This document shows, in pieces, positions 37,185-46,823 of a stretch of DNA of 64,000 nucleotides; within the stretch, counting starts at the first letter, position 1, and every line of letters starts with the position of its first letter. The DNA comes from Myxococcota bacterium. GTDB taxonomy: Bacteria > Myxococcota_A > UBA9160 > UBA6930. The notes under the pieces are model-generated. The model did not search any database. It had not been told where the DNA came from and saw only the letters and a program-made list of their open reading frames with translations. The DNA lies in the NCBI GenBank assembly GCA_965223415.1, contig OZ245002.1, forward strand, positions 3,200,001 through 3,264,000. The letters run 5' to 3'. The position numbers were made by a program, and so were the translations under genes.

Positions 37185-38533
37185 AGATCGCCCTGCTTCT
37201 CGAGGTCCGCCCGCAGTGAACGGGCGGCCAGCCCGTAGTGCAGGACGGACCAGCTCGCGCAGGTGACGACGACGCCAAGGAGCGCGTAGCGGATCGACTC
37301 GATGCCGAAGCGGGGCTCGAGCAGGTCGCTCACGATGCCGACGCACATCGGGCCCAGGCCCATTCCGATCATGTTCAGGACGAAGAGCAGGATGGCCGAG
37401 GCCATGGCCCGCATGCGCGGCGGGACCAGCGCCTGGGTCATGGCGAAGGTCGGGCCCAGGTACATGCCGCCCAGCACCGCCGGGAGCGTGTAGATCATCA
37501 ACGCCTGGCGTCCCTCGGGCCAGAGGTAGAACAGGAAGGCGAAGGGCACCCCGATGGCGGTCGCGAGGCCGGGGAGCCACGCGTACCAACGCATGTCCCG
37601 ATGGGCGATGCGGTCGCTCAGGTAGCCGCCCAGGAAGGTGCCGAGGGCGCCGGTGGTGACGCCGATCGCCGCCAGCCAGGTGCCGAGCTCGCCGGTCTCG
37701 AACTCGTGGACCCGGCGGAAGAACGAGGGGATGAAGGCGCCGGCGCCGTAGCCGTAGAAGGCGTGCAGGGCCCCGGCGAAGGCGAGATGGTGGAACGAGC
37801 GCAGGCCCGCCATGAAGCGCAGCACGTCCCCGACGGACTCGGTCGGCGCCCCGGTCGGCTCCGGCGCCCGCTCCTCCGGCTCCGCGGCCTTGTCCCAGTA
37901 GCCGCGGGTCGGCTCGCGGAGGGTCAGCCGCACGACCACCGCCAGCAGGACGCCAGGCAGGCCCACCACGAGGAAGGCGGTCCGCCAGTCGAAGAGCTGA
38001 TCGATCCAGCCACCGGCGAAGGTGCCGATGGCGCTGCCGATCGGGATGCCGAGGGAGTAGATCGAGAGCGCCGTCGCTCGGCGTTCCATGGGAAAGAGGT
38101 CCGAGATCAGGGAGTGGGCCGGCGGGCTGCACCCGGCTTCGCCGATTCCCACGCCGACCCGCGCCAGGAAGATCTCGGTGAAGCTCCGGGCCATGCCGGT
38201 CACCGCGGTCATCCCGCTCCAGACGAGGACGGCCAGGGCGATGATCGACCGCCGCACGCCACGGTCGGCCCAGCGTGCGATCGGCACACCGAGGGTGGAG
38301 TAGAGGGCGGCGAAGGCCAGCCCCTGGAGCCAGCCCAGCTGGGTGTCGGAGAGATCGAGCTCAGCCTTGATCGAGTCCTGCAGGATCGAGAGGATCGAGC
38401 GGTCGACGAAGTTGAAGACGTAGACGACGACGAGCAGGCCGAGGGCGTAGCGCGAGGCGGCGGAACCGAACTCGGGCTCCCGGGCCGGCGGGCCGCTCCC
38501 TTCGTGAGCGGCTTCGCCGCGCTCGTCCTGCAT
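37181..38533 (-). CDS. MFS transporter (spinster-like)
   Basis: FNFVDR, LSDTQLG, ARWADR, ARVGVGIGEAG and LREP.RG motifs. Confidence 0.92.
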   Translation of the reverse strand: MQDERGEAAHEGSGPPAREPEFGSAASRYALGLLVVVYVFNFVDRSILSILQDSIKAELDLSDTQLGWLQGLAFAALYSTLGVPIARWADRGVRRSIIALAVLVWSGMTAVTGMARSFTEIFLARVGVGIGEAGCSPPAHSLISDLFPMERRATALSIYSLGIPIGSAIGTFAGGWIDQLFDWRTAFLVVGLPGVLLAVVVRLTLREPTRGYWDKAAEPEERAPEPTGAPTESVGDVLRFMAGLRSFHHLAFAGALHAFYGYGAGAFIPSFFRRVHEFETGELGTWLAAIGVTTGALGTFLGGYLSDRIAHRDMRWYAWLPGLATAIGVPFAFLFYLWPEGRQALMIYTLPAVLGGMYLGPTFAMTQALVPPRMRAMASAILLFVLNMIGMGLGPMCVGIVSDLLEPRFGIESIRYALLGVVVTCASWSVLHYGLAARSLRADLEKQGDL

Positions 38534-38625
38534 CGGCGGAACTGTGGAACAGCCGGACGCCTTCCTGCAACAGGTGGGCGGACGTGACCTACCATGCCGC
38601 CGTGCCGCGGCAGCAGAAAGCCCCC

Positions 38626-40665
38626 ATGCGAGGTCCCGCCGGCGAGGGCTACCTGACGATGATCGCCTGGGCCGTCGGCCTGGGCATCGCCGGCGCCGCG
38701 GGCGCCGTGGCCTTCCGCATCGTCCTCCGCCTGCTCCAGGCGCTCTTCTTCGGCGGGCCGAGCGGCCTGGCCGACGCGGTCGCCGCGGGCTGGCTCGCGG
38801 ACCCGGTCGACCCCGCCGCGATGGCCGCAGGCCTCGCACCGTGGCTGCTGGTGGGCATCCCCGCACTGGGAGGGCTCCTGGCCGGCGCCCTCATCACCTT
38901 CTACGGCCGCGAGGCCCGCGGGCCTGGTGTGCCCGAGGTGATGGAAGCCGTCGCGCTGAACGGCGGCGTCCTCCGCCGGCGGGTCGTGGTGCTGAAGACC
39001 CTGGCTTCGGCCCTGACCATCGGCTCCGGCGGGTCCGCGGGCCGGGAGGGACCGATCGTCCAGATCGGCGCCGCCACCGCGTCGCTCCTGGGGCGCGCCC
39101 TCAAGGCGCCGCCGCGTCAGCTCCGGACGATGGTCGGCTGCGGCGCCGCTGCCGGGATCGCCGCCACCTTCAACGCGCCGATCGCCGGGGCTCTCTTCGC
39201 CACCGAAGTGATCCTCGGGGAGTTCGCCGTCGCGTCGCTCACGCCGATCGTGATCTCGTCGGTGGTTGCCACGGTCATCTCCCGTGCGCTGCTCGGGGAC
39301 CTGCCGGCCTTCGCCGTGCCCGGCTACGAGCTGGTGACCTCGCTGGAGCTCCTCGCCTATTCCGCCATCGGCGCGGCCACCGGACTCCTCGCCGTCCTCT
39401 TCACCCGCAGCCTCGGCTGGGCCGAGGATCTCTTCGCGAGGATCCCGGTGCCCGAGTTCGCGCGGGCGGCGGTCGGCGGGCTGTGCGTCGGCGCCATCGC
39501 CCTCGCCGCGCCGAACGTGCTCGGCGTGGGCTACGGCGCCATCGGTGAGGCATTGGCCTCGGAGGTGGCCCTCTCGAGCCTCGCGGTCCTGGTCGTGGCG
39601 AAGCTCGTGGCGACGGCGATCACCATCGGCTCCGGCGGCTCCGGAGGGGTCTTCGCTCCGTCCCTCGTGCTCGGCGCCGCCTTCGGAGGCCTTGTGGGAG
39701 GCCTCCTCGACACCTCCTTCCCCGACGTCATCGCCAACCCGGGCGCCTACGCCCTCGTGACGATGGGTGCCATGGTCGCCGCCACCACCCATGCGCCCAT
39801 CACGGCGATCATCATGATCTTCGAGCTGACCCAGTCGATCCAGATCATCCCGCCGCTGATGGCGGCGTGCGTGATCAGCACCCTCGTCTCCACCCGCCTC
39901 TTCCGGGACTCGATCTACACCCAGAAGCTCGCCCGCCGCGGCGTGGACCTCGCGCGTGACGACGACCCGAACGTGCTGAAGGCGCTCTTCGTCCGCGACA
40001 TCCTCGACGAGTCGCCCGAGGTCGTGCAGGCCTCCGCCTTCTTCGACGAGGTGATCGACCGCATCGTGAACAGCGACCACAGCGAGCTCTTCGTGGAGAA
40101 CGAGGCCGGCGAGCTGGTTGGCGCCATCTACCTGCGTGAGGTCCGGAAGCTGCTCCAGGAGCAGGAGGAGCTCCGCTCCATCGTCGTCGCGGGCGATCTC
40201 GTCGAGGAGCGTGCGGTGATCTCCGCCGCGGACGACCTCGACGCCGCCATGCAGCACTTCGCCCGGGGCGTTGCGGACGAGCTGGCCGTGGTCGAGCCCT
40301 CCGCGCCGACGAAGCTCGTCGGCAGCGTCCACCAGCGCGAAGTCCTCGCCGCTTACAACCAGGAGGTGCTGCGTCGGGACCTGGCCGTGGGCGTCTCGAA
40401 CCGCATCTCCCTGGCCGGCGAGCGGGCCGTCGATCTCGGCGGCGGCTACGTGCTCGAGGAGCGCCGGGCCCCGCTGTCCTTCGCCGGACGGCAGGTGAAG
40501 GAGCTCGACCTTCGCCGCCGGGCCGGAGTGCAGATCCTGCTCATCCGGAGCCGCGGGCAGAAGGGGCGGATCCGCGTGCCCGGTCCGGAGGATTGCATCG
40601 AGGCCGGTGATCGTCTGGTGATCGCCGGGCCCCGCGCGTCCGTGGAAGGGCTGGAAGCGGGCTAG
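38626..40665 (+). CDS. CLC chloride channel family protein with CBS pair and TrkA-C-like domain
   Basis: GPGVP, GREGP, FNAPIAG, GGVFAP and SIYT motifs; C-terminal CBS and RCK_C-like segments. Confidence 0.92.
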   Translation: MRGPAGEGYLTMIAWAVGLGIAGAAGAVAFRIVLRLLQALFFGGPSGLADAVAAGWLADPVDPAAMAAGLAPWLLVGIPALGGLLAGALITFYGREARGPGVPEVMEAVALNGGVLRRRVVVLKTLASALTIGSGGSAGREGPIVQIGAATASLLGRALKAPPRQLRTMVGCGAAAGIAATFNAPIAGALFATEVILGEFAVASLTPIVISSVVATVISRALLGDLPAFAVPGYELVTSLELLAYSAIGAATGLLAVLFTRSLGWAEDLFARIPVPEFARAAVGGLCVGAIALAAPNVLGVGYGAIGEALASEVALSSLAVLVVAKLVATAITIGSGGSGGVFAPSLVLGAAFGGLVGGLLDTSFPDVIANPGAYALVTMGAMVAATTHAPITAIIMIFELTQSIQIIPPLMAACVISTLVSTRLFRDSIYTQKLARRGVDLARDDDPNVLKALFVRDILDESPEVVQASAFFDEVIDRIVNSDHSELFVENEAGELVGAIYLREVRKLLQEQEELRSIVVAGDLVEERAVISAADDLDAAMQHFARGVADELAVVEPSAPTKLVGSVHQREVLAAYNQEVLRRDLAVGVSNRISLAGERAVDLGGGYVLEERRAPLSFAGRQVKELDLRRRAGVQILLIRSRGQKGRIRVPGPEDCIEAGDRLVIAGPRASVEGLEAG

Positions 40666-40754
40666 CCGTGATCTCCGAACCCTCGCGAGGGGTGTGCGTC
40701 GCCTCCCACGTCGGCGACGTGGACTGCCTCGTGCGCGCCGCGCCAGCGCGTTGC

Positions 40755-40944
40755 GAGCGGGAGGAGACGAAGGAGCAGAGCCGGCTACGTCGAGCGGCGC
40801 TACGGCTCCTTCAGCCGCATCTTCTCGCTTCCGGCCAACGCCGACCCGAACGAGGTCGAGGTGGTCTTTGCGGACGGCGTCCTCATGGTCACCCTGGCGA
40901 AGGCTTCGGAGGCCAAGCCGAAGACCGTCGCCATCCAGTCCTGA
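40755..40944 (+). pseudogene. Hsp20/alpha-crystallin remnant (C-terminal half)
   Basis: Manual translation YVERRYGSFSRIFSLPANADPNEVEVVFADGVLMVTLAKASEAKPKTVAIQS*; preceding EREETKEQ is out of frame; no N-terminal half. Confidence 0.75.
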
Positions 40945-40956
40945 TCGCGGCGGGGC

Positions 40957-41403
40957 TCAGCTCGGCGCCGGCGGAACGACCAGCACCGGTCGAGCCGACC
41001 GGCGCACGAGCTTGTCCGTCAGCGACCCGAGCAGGAAGCGGCCGGCGGCGCCGAAGCCGTGCCGCCCGACGACGATCAGGTCCGCGTCCACCTCGTCGGC
41101 ATGGTCGAGGAGGGTCTGGCAGGTGTCACTGCCGCAGACGTCCACATGGCCTCGGGCGGGCACGTCCGCCTCGGCGAGGAACGCCTCGAGGGCACGTCGC
41201 GCGGCCTCCACCTCTTCGTCCTGGAGGCGCTTCACCGCCTCGCGGCTGCCCTTCGAGCCACGGAAGAGCGGCTTGAGCTCCGGTGTCACGTGGACCAACT
41301 CGACCCTCCCACCCAGGGCCCCGGCCAGCTCGAAGGCGTGGCAGACGGCCACCTCGGCGGCTTCCGAGAAGTCCGTCCCGACCAGGATCACGCGCTCGCC
41401 CAT
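40957..41403 (-). CDS. Universal stress protein
   Basis: ILVGTDFS, ADLIVVGRHG, LLGS and PVLVV motifs. Confidence 0.92.
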   Translation of the reverse strand: MGERVILVGTDFSEAAEVAVCHAFELAGALGGRVELVHVTPELKPLFRGSKGSREAVKRLQDEEVEAARRALEAFLAEADVPARGHVDVCGSDTCQTLLDHADEVDADLIVVGRHGFGAAGRFLLGSLTDKLVRRSARPVLVVPPAPS

Positions 41404-41426
41404 GTCGGGAGACTACCGGTCTCCCG

Positions 41427-41993
41427 CTAGTCGTCGATCTTGTCGAGCAGCTCGCGCAGCTCTCCGATCACGCGCTTGCGCAGCTTTCCGCCCACGTCGT
41501 GGAGGCTGTGGCGCACGTCCTCGAGCGCGTCGTAGCGAGCCTCGCGGCGCCGCCGGCTACGCGCCGAGCGGGCCGCCTCGCGGAGCTCGGAGCCCGCCGC
41601 CTCGGAGACGTTCCAGAGCTGGACGCCCAGCTCCATCACCAGATCGTCGAGGGAGACGAGCCCGACCACCTTGCCGCCCTCGACGAGGGGGACCCGCCGC
41701 ACGCCGCGATCTTCGAGCTGCTTCAGCAGCTCGAGGGTCGAGGTGCGGCGGTCGGCAGTGAGCAGGTCCTTCGACATGATCTCGCTGGCCTCGGTCTTGT
41801 CCGGGTCGCGAGCGTCGGCCACGACGCGTACGACGAGATCCCGATCGGTGATGATGCCCGCGGGCGCACCGGTCGAGTCCACCACGACGACGGAGCCCAC
41901 GGCGTGGGCGTCCATCTCGTCCGCGACGTGGCGGATGCTGGCATGGGTATGCACTGTCACCGCGTTCGATTCGTACTCTTCTGCTGAACGCAT
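41427..41993 (-). CDS. CBS domain protein with C-terminal helical extension
   Basis: GIITDRDL, VRRVPLV and GLVSLDDL motifs. Confidence 0.88.
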   Translation of the reverse strand: MRSAEEYESNAVTVHTHASIRHVADEMDAHAVGSVVVVDSTGAPAGIITDRDLVVRVVADARDPDKTEASEIMSKDLLTADRRTSTLELLKQLEDRGVRRVPLVEGGKVVGLVSLDDLVMELGVQLWNVSEAAGSELREAARSARSRRRREARYDALEDVRHSLHDVGGKLRKRVIGELRELLDKIDD

Positions 41994-42003
41994 GCTCTTC
42001 TCC

Positions 42004-42429
42004 TCAGTCCTGCGCCCACTGGCTGCGGGCGACCTGGGCCGCCTGGTCCAGCTCGGTGGCGATGACCTGCAGGGCGTCGTCCCATTCCATGACACCGATG
42101 GTCTTGCCGGCGTCGTCGACGACCGGGATGCGTCGCAGGCCGTCGGCCCTCATGCGCCGGAAGGCGGTGAGGAGCGGGGTCGACTCCCACAGGGTGGTGA
42201 TCTCCTCGTGCATCACCTCGCCCACCTTCGTCTCGTTCGGCTGGCGGCCTCTTCGCAGCACCTGCATGGCGACGTCGCGATCGGTCAGCGTCCCGATCGG
42301 GCGCTCCTTGTCGTCGACGACGACGAGGCAGCCCGCGTTCTCGTCTCTCATCCGCTGGGCCGCCTCGCGGACCGTCTCGTCTTGGTTGGCCCGCGAGAAG
42401 CCCCTTCGGCAGTGATCTCCGACAGACAT
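42004..42429 (-). CDS. CBS domain protein
   Basis: GTLTDRDV and LRRIPVVD motifs; GGAGGAG RBS. Confidence 0.9.
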   Translation of the reverse strand: MSVGDHCRRGFSRANQDETVREAAQRMRDENAGCLVVVDDKERPIGTLTDRDVAMQVLRRGRQPNETKVGEVMHEEITTLWESTPLLTAFRRMRADGLRRIPVVDDAGKTIGVMEWDDALQVIATELDQAAQVARSQWAQD

Positions 42430-42479
42430 GGCGCTCCTCCGATGACTGCGCCCGGAAGCGGGCGACGAGCCTTCGCTAC

Positions 42480-42496
42480 TGCAATGCCCGGGCCAG
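42480..42496 (-). promoter_or_regulatory. Sigma54 (-24/-12) promoter for CBS-CBS operon
   Basis: Minus strand CTGGCCCGGGCATTGCA = TGG-N10-GC with TTGCA; about 50 bp upstream of the ATG at 42429. Confidence 0.7.
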
Positions 42497-42570
42497 TAGC
42501 CGGAGGGGTCCGGGGCACCGGGGCGCGGCGGCCTGAGGCAGGGGGCCGCGTTCTGGGGCTCCCTGCCGCA

Positions 42571-43323
42571 TCACACCTCGTCGGTGAGGAGCGTCGCCAG
42601 CTCGGCGTGGGAATCGACGACCCGATCCGCCTCGGGGAGCTCGTCCACGTCGTCGTGGACGGCGCGAAGCCGAACGCTCCCCATCCCCATCGCCCGTGCG
42701 CCCGCGACGTCGGTGCGGCGCAGGTCGCCCACGTGGACCGTTTCGTGGGCGGCGGTGCCCAGGGCGCGCAGGGCGGCGCCGAAGATCTGCGGGTCGGGCT
42801 TGGGCACGCCGACCTCGTCGGAGAAGAGCTGGGCTCCGAGGGGAGAGAGCAGCCCCAGGCGGTCGAGGTGGCGGCGTACCACCCGGCCCGGCGTGAGGCC
42901 CGTGTCGCAGATCAAGGCCATGGCGATGCCCTGCTTCCCGAGCGCGTCGAGCGTCTCCCGCGCGCCGGGGAGCGCCACCACGCGCCCCGAGTGCGATGCC
43001 TCCTCGAAGTGGTGGGTCAGGTGACGGACGGGAGCCCCCTCGGTCGAGACGCCCAGGGCCTCGAGGGCCCAGCCGGCCACGTGGCTGGCGCCGGTCGCCA
43101 CGCCCTCCGCCCAGAGGTCCATGTGCCGTCCCCAGGCGAGGCGGAAGGCCTCCTCCACCTCCGCCGGTTCGGGTTCGGCGCCGGTCTCGCGGGCCGCCTC
43201 GCCCAGGGCTTGCACGCGGCGGCGGTGGGCCGTGCCCCAGTCGGTCTCCTGAAGCAGCGTGTTCCAGCAATCGAAGGTGACGGCACGGGGACGGGACGGC
43301 AGGACGTGCTCCTCTCTCCTCAA
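42571..43323 (-). CDS. HAD family hydrolase
   Basis: TFDCWNTL, FSDEVGVPKPDP and HVGDLRRTDVAGA motifs; TTG start overlapping the upstream stop is assumed. Confidence 0.88.
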   Translation of the reverse strand: MRREEHVLPSRPRAVTFDCWNTLLQETDWGTAHRRRVQALGEAARETGAEPEPAEVEEAFRLAWGRHMDLWAEGVATGASHVAGWALEALGVSTEGAPVRHLTHHFEEASHSGRVVALPGARETLDALGKQGIAMALICDTGLTPGRVVRRHLDRLGLLSPLGAQLFSDEVGVPKPDPQIFGAALRALGTAAHETVHVGDLRRTDVAGARAMGMGSVRLRAVHDDVDELPEADRVVDSHAELATLLTDEV

Positions 43324-44530
43324 TCCGGGAAGCGCTCGGGCCAGCCGGGAATGGCGGCGCGGGTGGCTTGGATGCATCGCTCGACGGGCTGGCCCGTGTC
43401 CAGCAGCAGGTGTTCGCCGGGCTCATCGTTCGACCAGGGCTCCCAGCGCAGCGACAGCTCCCTCGCGATCGCGTCCCAGGCCGGCTCGTCGCAGCCGTCC
43501 CGCGCGTCGCGCTCGGCCCAGCGCTTGCGCAACACTGCCGGGTCCGGACGGCATTCGACGAACCAGACGGGTACACCGTGGGACGCGGCCAGGTCGGCCA
43601 CCTCCCGGCGCCGGGTGCGGTTCGGCATGCAGGCGTCGAGCACCACCGGTCGCCCGGAGGCGAGGACCGGCTCGGCCCGGGCGAGCACCGCGTGGTAGCC
43701 TCGCTCCTCGAAGCCGGGGGCGAAGGCGCGCTGCCAGCGGGCCTCGTGGATCTCGCGCTCGCTCCAGCCCGGCGGCACGTCGAGCAGGACGTCGCGCACT
43801 GCATCTGCCACCACCCGCGGCGCACCGATGCGGAGCGCGAGGGCCCGGGCGATGGTGCTCTTCCCGCTGGCGACGGGCCCGGTCGTGGCGAGCACGATCG
43901 GCGCCAGGAGCGCCCGCCTGCCGCTGGCGAGCGCCGCCAGGGCGAAGGCCCTTCCTTCTGGTCGGCCGCCTCGACCGCCAGCCGGCAGGCCTGATGCCGC
44001 TCGTAGAAATCGATCACGCGGAACAGGTCGTAGTCGTCGGCGGCGAGCGCGTGGGCGGCCAGCACCTGCTCCGCCCGGTGCCCGGCGCGGCGCGCCGTGA
44101 GGTCGACGCAGAGCCGGGCGAGGGCCTCGGCGACGTCGCGCAGAGCCGTCTCGTCGGCGAAGTGGAGACCGCCGTCGTCGTCGAGCCCTACCCGGTCGCA
44201 GCGCAGATCGCCGGGCACGCGGCGGATACGCCCGTCCTCGATCCGATCGAGCAGTGCGTCGACGGCACTCCGCAAGAGCTCCGCCTGCTGGCGCTCGATC
44301 CGGCCGAGATCGTCGCGTCCGAGTCGAGCGCGCTCCGCGACGGCTCGAAGGCCGGCGACGGCTTCCCGGACGCGCCGGGCCAGGGCGACCGGCGTGGCGC
44401 TCCCGCCACCGTCGACGCCCCTGGGCGCGCTCGCGAAGGTGCGGGCGAGCCCCCGGCCGAGGGCCTCCGCCGTCTCGGCGTCGAAGCGGGCTTCCGCGAG
44501 GCGCCGGTCGAGGAGGTCGACCGACTTCAT
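43320..44530 (-). pseudogene. Degenerate phosphotransferase-like/AAA_33 kinase fusion (Rv2004c-like), frameshift near 43950
   Basis: N-part GRIRRVPGDL...RDVAEALARL..DL...DFY; C-part GPVASGKST and VVLDA in another frame. Confidence 0.7.
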
Positions 44531-45318
44531 CGCGGATCCCCGGGCGCAGGCTCCCAGCTCTGGATCGCCTGCCAGATCTCCTCCGGCGTCTCGGCGAAGC
44601 GCACCAGCTCGCGGTCCTCCGGGCGGATCACGCCTTCGTCGACCAGGAACCCGAAGTCGATCGCCCGCTCCCAGAAGCGGCGGCCGACCAGGACGATCGG
44701 AAGGGCCGGCCGCTTGCCGGTCTGCACCAGGGTGAGCACCTCGAAGAGCTCGTCGAGGGTGCCGTAGCCGCCGGGGAAGGCCACCAGCGCGTGGGCCCGG
44801 AGCATGAAGTGGAGCTTGCGCAGGGCGAAGTAGCGGAACTCGAAGGACAGGCCCGGCGTCAGGTAGGGGTTCGGCGCCTGCTCGCTCGGGAGCGTGATGT
44901 TGAGGCCGACGGTCGGGGCGCCGGCGTCGAAGGCTCCGCGGTTCGCCGCCTCCATCAGGCCCGGGCCGCCGCCGGTCATCACGACCAGGCCGTCTCGCTG
45001 GGCCGCCAGCTCGCCGAAGGCGCGGGCGCGGTCGTAGTAGTGGGCGTTCTCGAGGCGGCGATCGCACACGCGGACCTCGCGCCGGGTCTCCTCGTCGTCT
45101 CGCTCCCCATGGCGGTGTCTCGCGGCCGCGAGCTCCCGCCGGGCCTCCGCCTCCTCGACGATGCGGGTGCTCCCGAACACGATGATGGTGCGGGTCACAC
45201 CGCGTTCGCGTAGGCCCAGCTCGGGCTTCAGGTACTCGAGCAGCAGGCGCACCGGCCGCAGCTCGTCCCGGGCGAGGAAGTCCAGGTCGAGATCGGCGCG
45301 GGAGGGATTGTGGTCCAT
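44527..45318 (-). CDS. LOG family (TIGR00730-like) protein
   Basis: VFGSTR, TGGGPGLMEAANRGA, YFALRK and PGGYGTLDELFE motifs. Confidence 0.92.
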   Translation of the reverse strand: MDHNPSRADLDLDFLARDELRPVRLLLEYLKPELGLRERGVTRTIIVFGSTRIVEEAEARRELAAARHRHGERDDEETRREVRVCDRRLENAHYYDRARAFGELAAQRDGLVVMTGGGPGLMEAANRGAFDAGAPTVGLNITLPSEQAPNPYLTPGLSFEFRYFALRKLHFMLRAHALVAFPGGYGTLDELFEVLTLVQTGKRPALPIVLVGRRFWERAIDFGFLVDEGVIRPEDRELVRFAETPEEIWQAIQSWEPAPGDPR

Positions 45319-45320
45319 CG

Positions 45321-46823
45321 TCACCCTCCGACCAGGATCCGCAACGTCAGCGTGTAGACCAGTCCGGTGATGAGCGCGATGCCGATCGCGTTGAGCCACC
45401 AGCCGGCGCGGACCATGTCTTCGATCTGCAGGCGGCCCGAGCCGAAGACCACGGCGTTTGGCGGCGTGGCGACCGGCAGCATGAAGGCGCAGCTGGCGGC
45501 CACCGTGGCGGGCACGACCAGCAGCAGGGGCGGAAGCCCCAGGCCAGGGGCGATGCCCGCCAGGATCGGTACCAGGGTCGCGGTCGTGGCGGTGTTGCTC
45601 GTCACCTCGGTGAGGAAGATCATGCCGGCCACGACAGCGAGCACCAACAGCAGCCGGGGTACCCCCGCGAGCGCCTGGACCTGGTGCCCGAGGTAGGCGC
45701 CGACGCCCTGGTCCTGGATCGCCGCCGCCAGGCTGAGGCCGCCGCCGAAGAGCAGCAGGAGGCCCCAGGGAAGCTGGACCGCCGTGTCCCAGTCCATTAC
45801 CGCGCCTTCGCCCCGGCCGGCCGGCAGCACGAACAGCGCGAGGGCAGCGACGATGGCGATGCCGGGATCGCTCAGGCCCGCCAGGGGGCGCGCGCCGGCG
45901 ATCTCGATTCCGGCCAGCCAGGGGCGGGTGATCCACGCCGCTGCGGCCAGGACGAAGACGGCCAGGGTGAGCCACTCGGCGCTCCGCACCCGTCCGAGCC
46001 CGGCGGCCGCGCGGCGGTAGACCTGCTCGCCGCCGGGGACGTGTCGGATCCGGATCGGGAACACGACGCGGGTGAGCAGCCAGCCGGTGAGCGGGAGGAA
46101 GACCGCCACCAACGGCAGCCCCACGGCCATCCAGCGGGCGAAGCCGATCTCGACGCCCAGCTCCTGGCTCGCGAAAGAGGCCAGGAACAGATTGGGTGGC
46201 GTTCCGATCAGCGTGCCCACGCCGCCGATCGACGCTCCGTAGGCGATGCCGAGGAGAAGCGCGCGGGCGAAGTTCTCCCCATCGGCGGCGTCGCCATCGC
46301 CCTCCGGCCCTGGCTCGCCGACGAGCGCGATGACGCTGACGGCGATGGGCAGCATCATCACCGCCGTCGCCGTGTTCGAGACCCACATGCTGAAGAACGC
46401 GGTCAGGGCCATGAAGCCGCCGACCACGCGGCGCGGCCGGGCGCCCACCCGCCGCAGCACGGCCAGGGCGATGCGCCGGTCGAGCCCCCAGCGCTGCATC
46501 GCCAACGCGAGGACGAAGCCACCCATGAACAGGAAGATCAGGGGATGCGCGTAGGGCGCCGCCGTCTCGCGCAGACCCCGGCCGGTGGCGAGGGGGAGGA
46601 CGGCCAGCGGCAACAGGGCCGTGGCGTAGAGGGGAATCGCTTCGGTCATCCACCACACGGCCATCCAGACCGCCAATCCGGCGGTGACTCGGCCGCCGGG
46701 ACCGAGGGCTGCGAGCTTGTCACCATCCGCGTCGGGAAGCAGCATCGCCACGGCGAGCCCGAGGAGCGGGCCCGCTCCTCGACCGGCCCGCTGCACCCGC
46801 TCACGTCGCTTCGACGGCTCCAT
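45321..46823 (-). CDS. SLC13/DASS family anion symporter
   Basis: WWMTEAIP, SMWVSNTAT, GTPPN, TEVTSNTAT and FMLPVATPPNA motifs. Confidence 0.93.
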   Translation of the reverse strand: MEPSKRRERVQRAGRGAGPLLGLAVAMLLPDADGDKLAALGPGGRVTAGLAVWMAVWWMTEAIPLYATALLPLAVLPLATGRGLRETAAPYAHPLIFLFMGGFVLALAMQRWGLDRRIALAVLRRVGARPRRVVGGFMALTAFFSMWVSNTATAVMMLPIAVSVIALVGEPGPEGDGDAADGENFARALLLGIAYGASIGGVGTLIGTPPNLFLASFASQELGVEIGFARWMAVGLPLVAVFLPLTGWLLTRVVFPIRIRHVPGGEQVYRRAAAGLGRVRSAEWLTLAVFVLAAAAWITRPWLAGIEIAGARPLAGLSDPGIAIVAALALFVLPAGRGEGAVMDWDTAVQLPWGLLLLFGGGLSLAAAIQDQGVGAYLGHQVQALAGVPRLLLVLAVVAGMIFLTEVTSNTATTATLVPILAGIAPGLGLPPLLLVVPATVAASCAFMLPVATPPNAVVFGSGRLQIEDMVRAGWWLNAIGIALITGLVYTLTLRILVGG

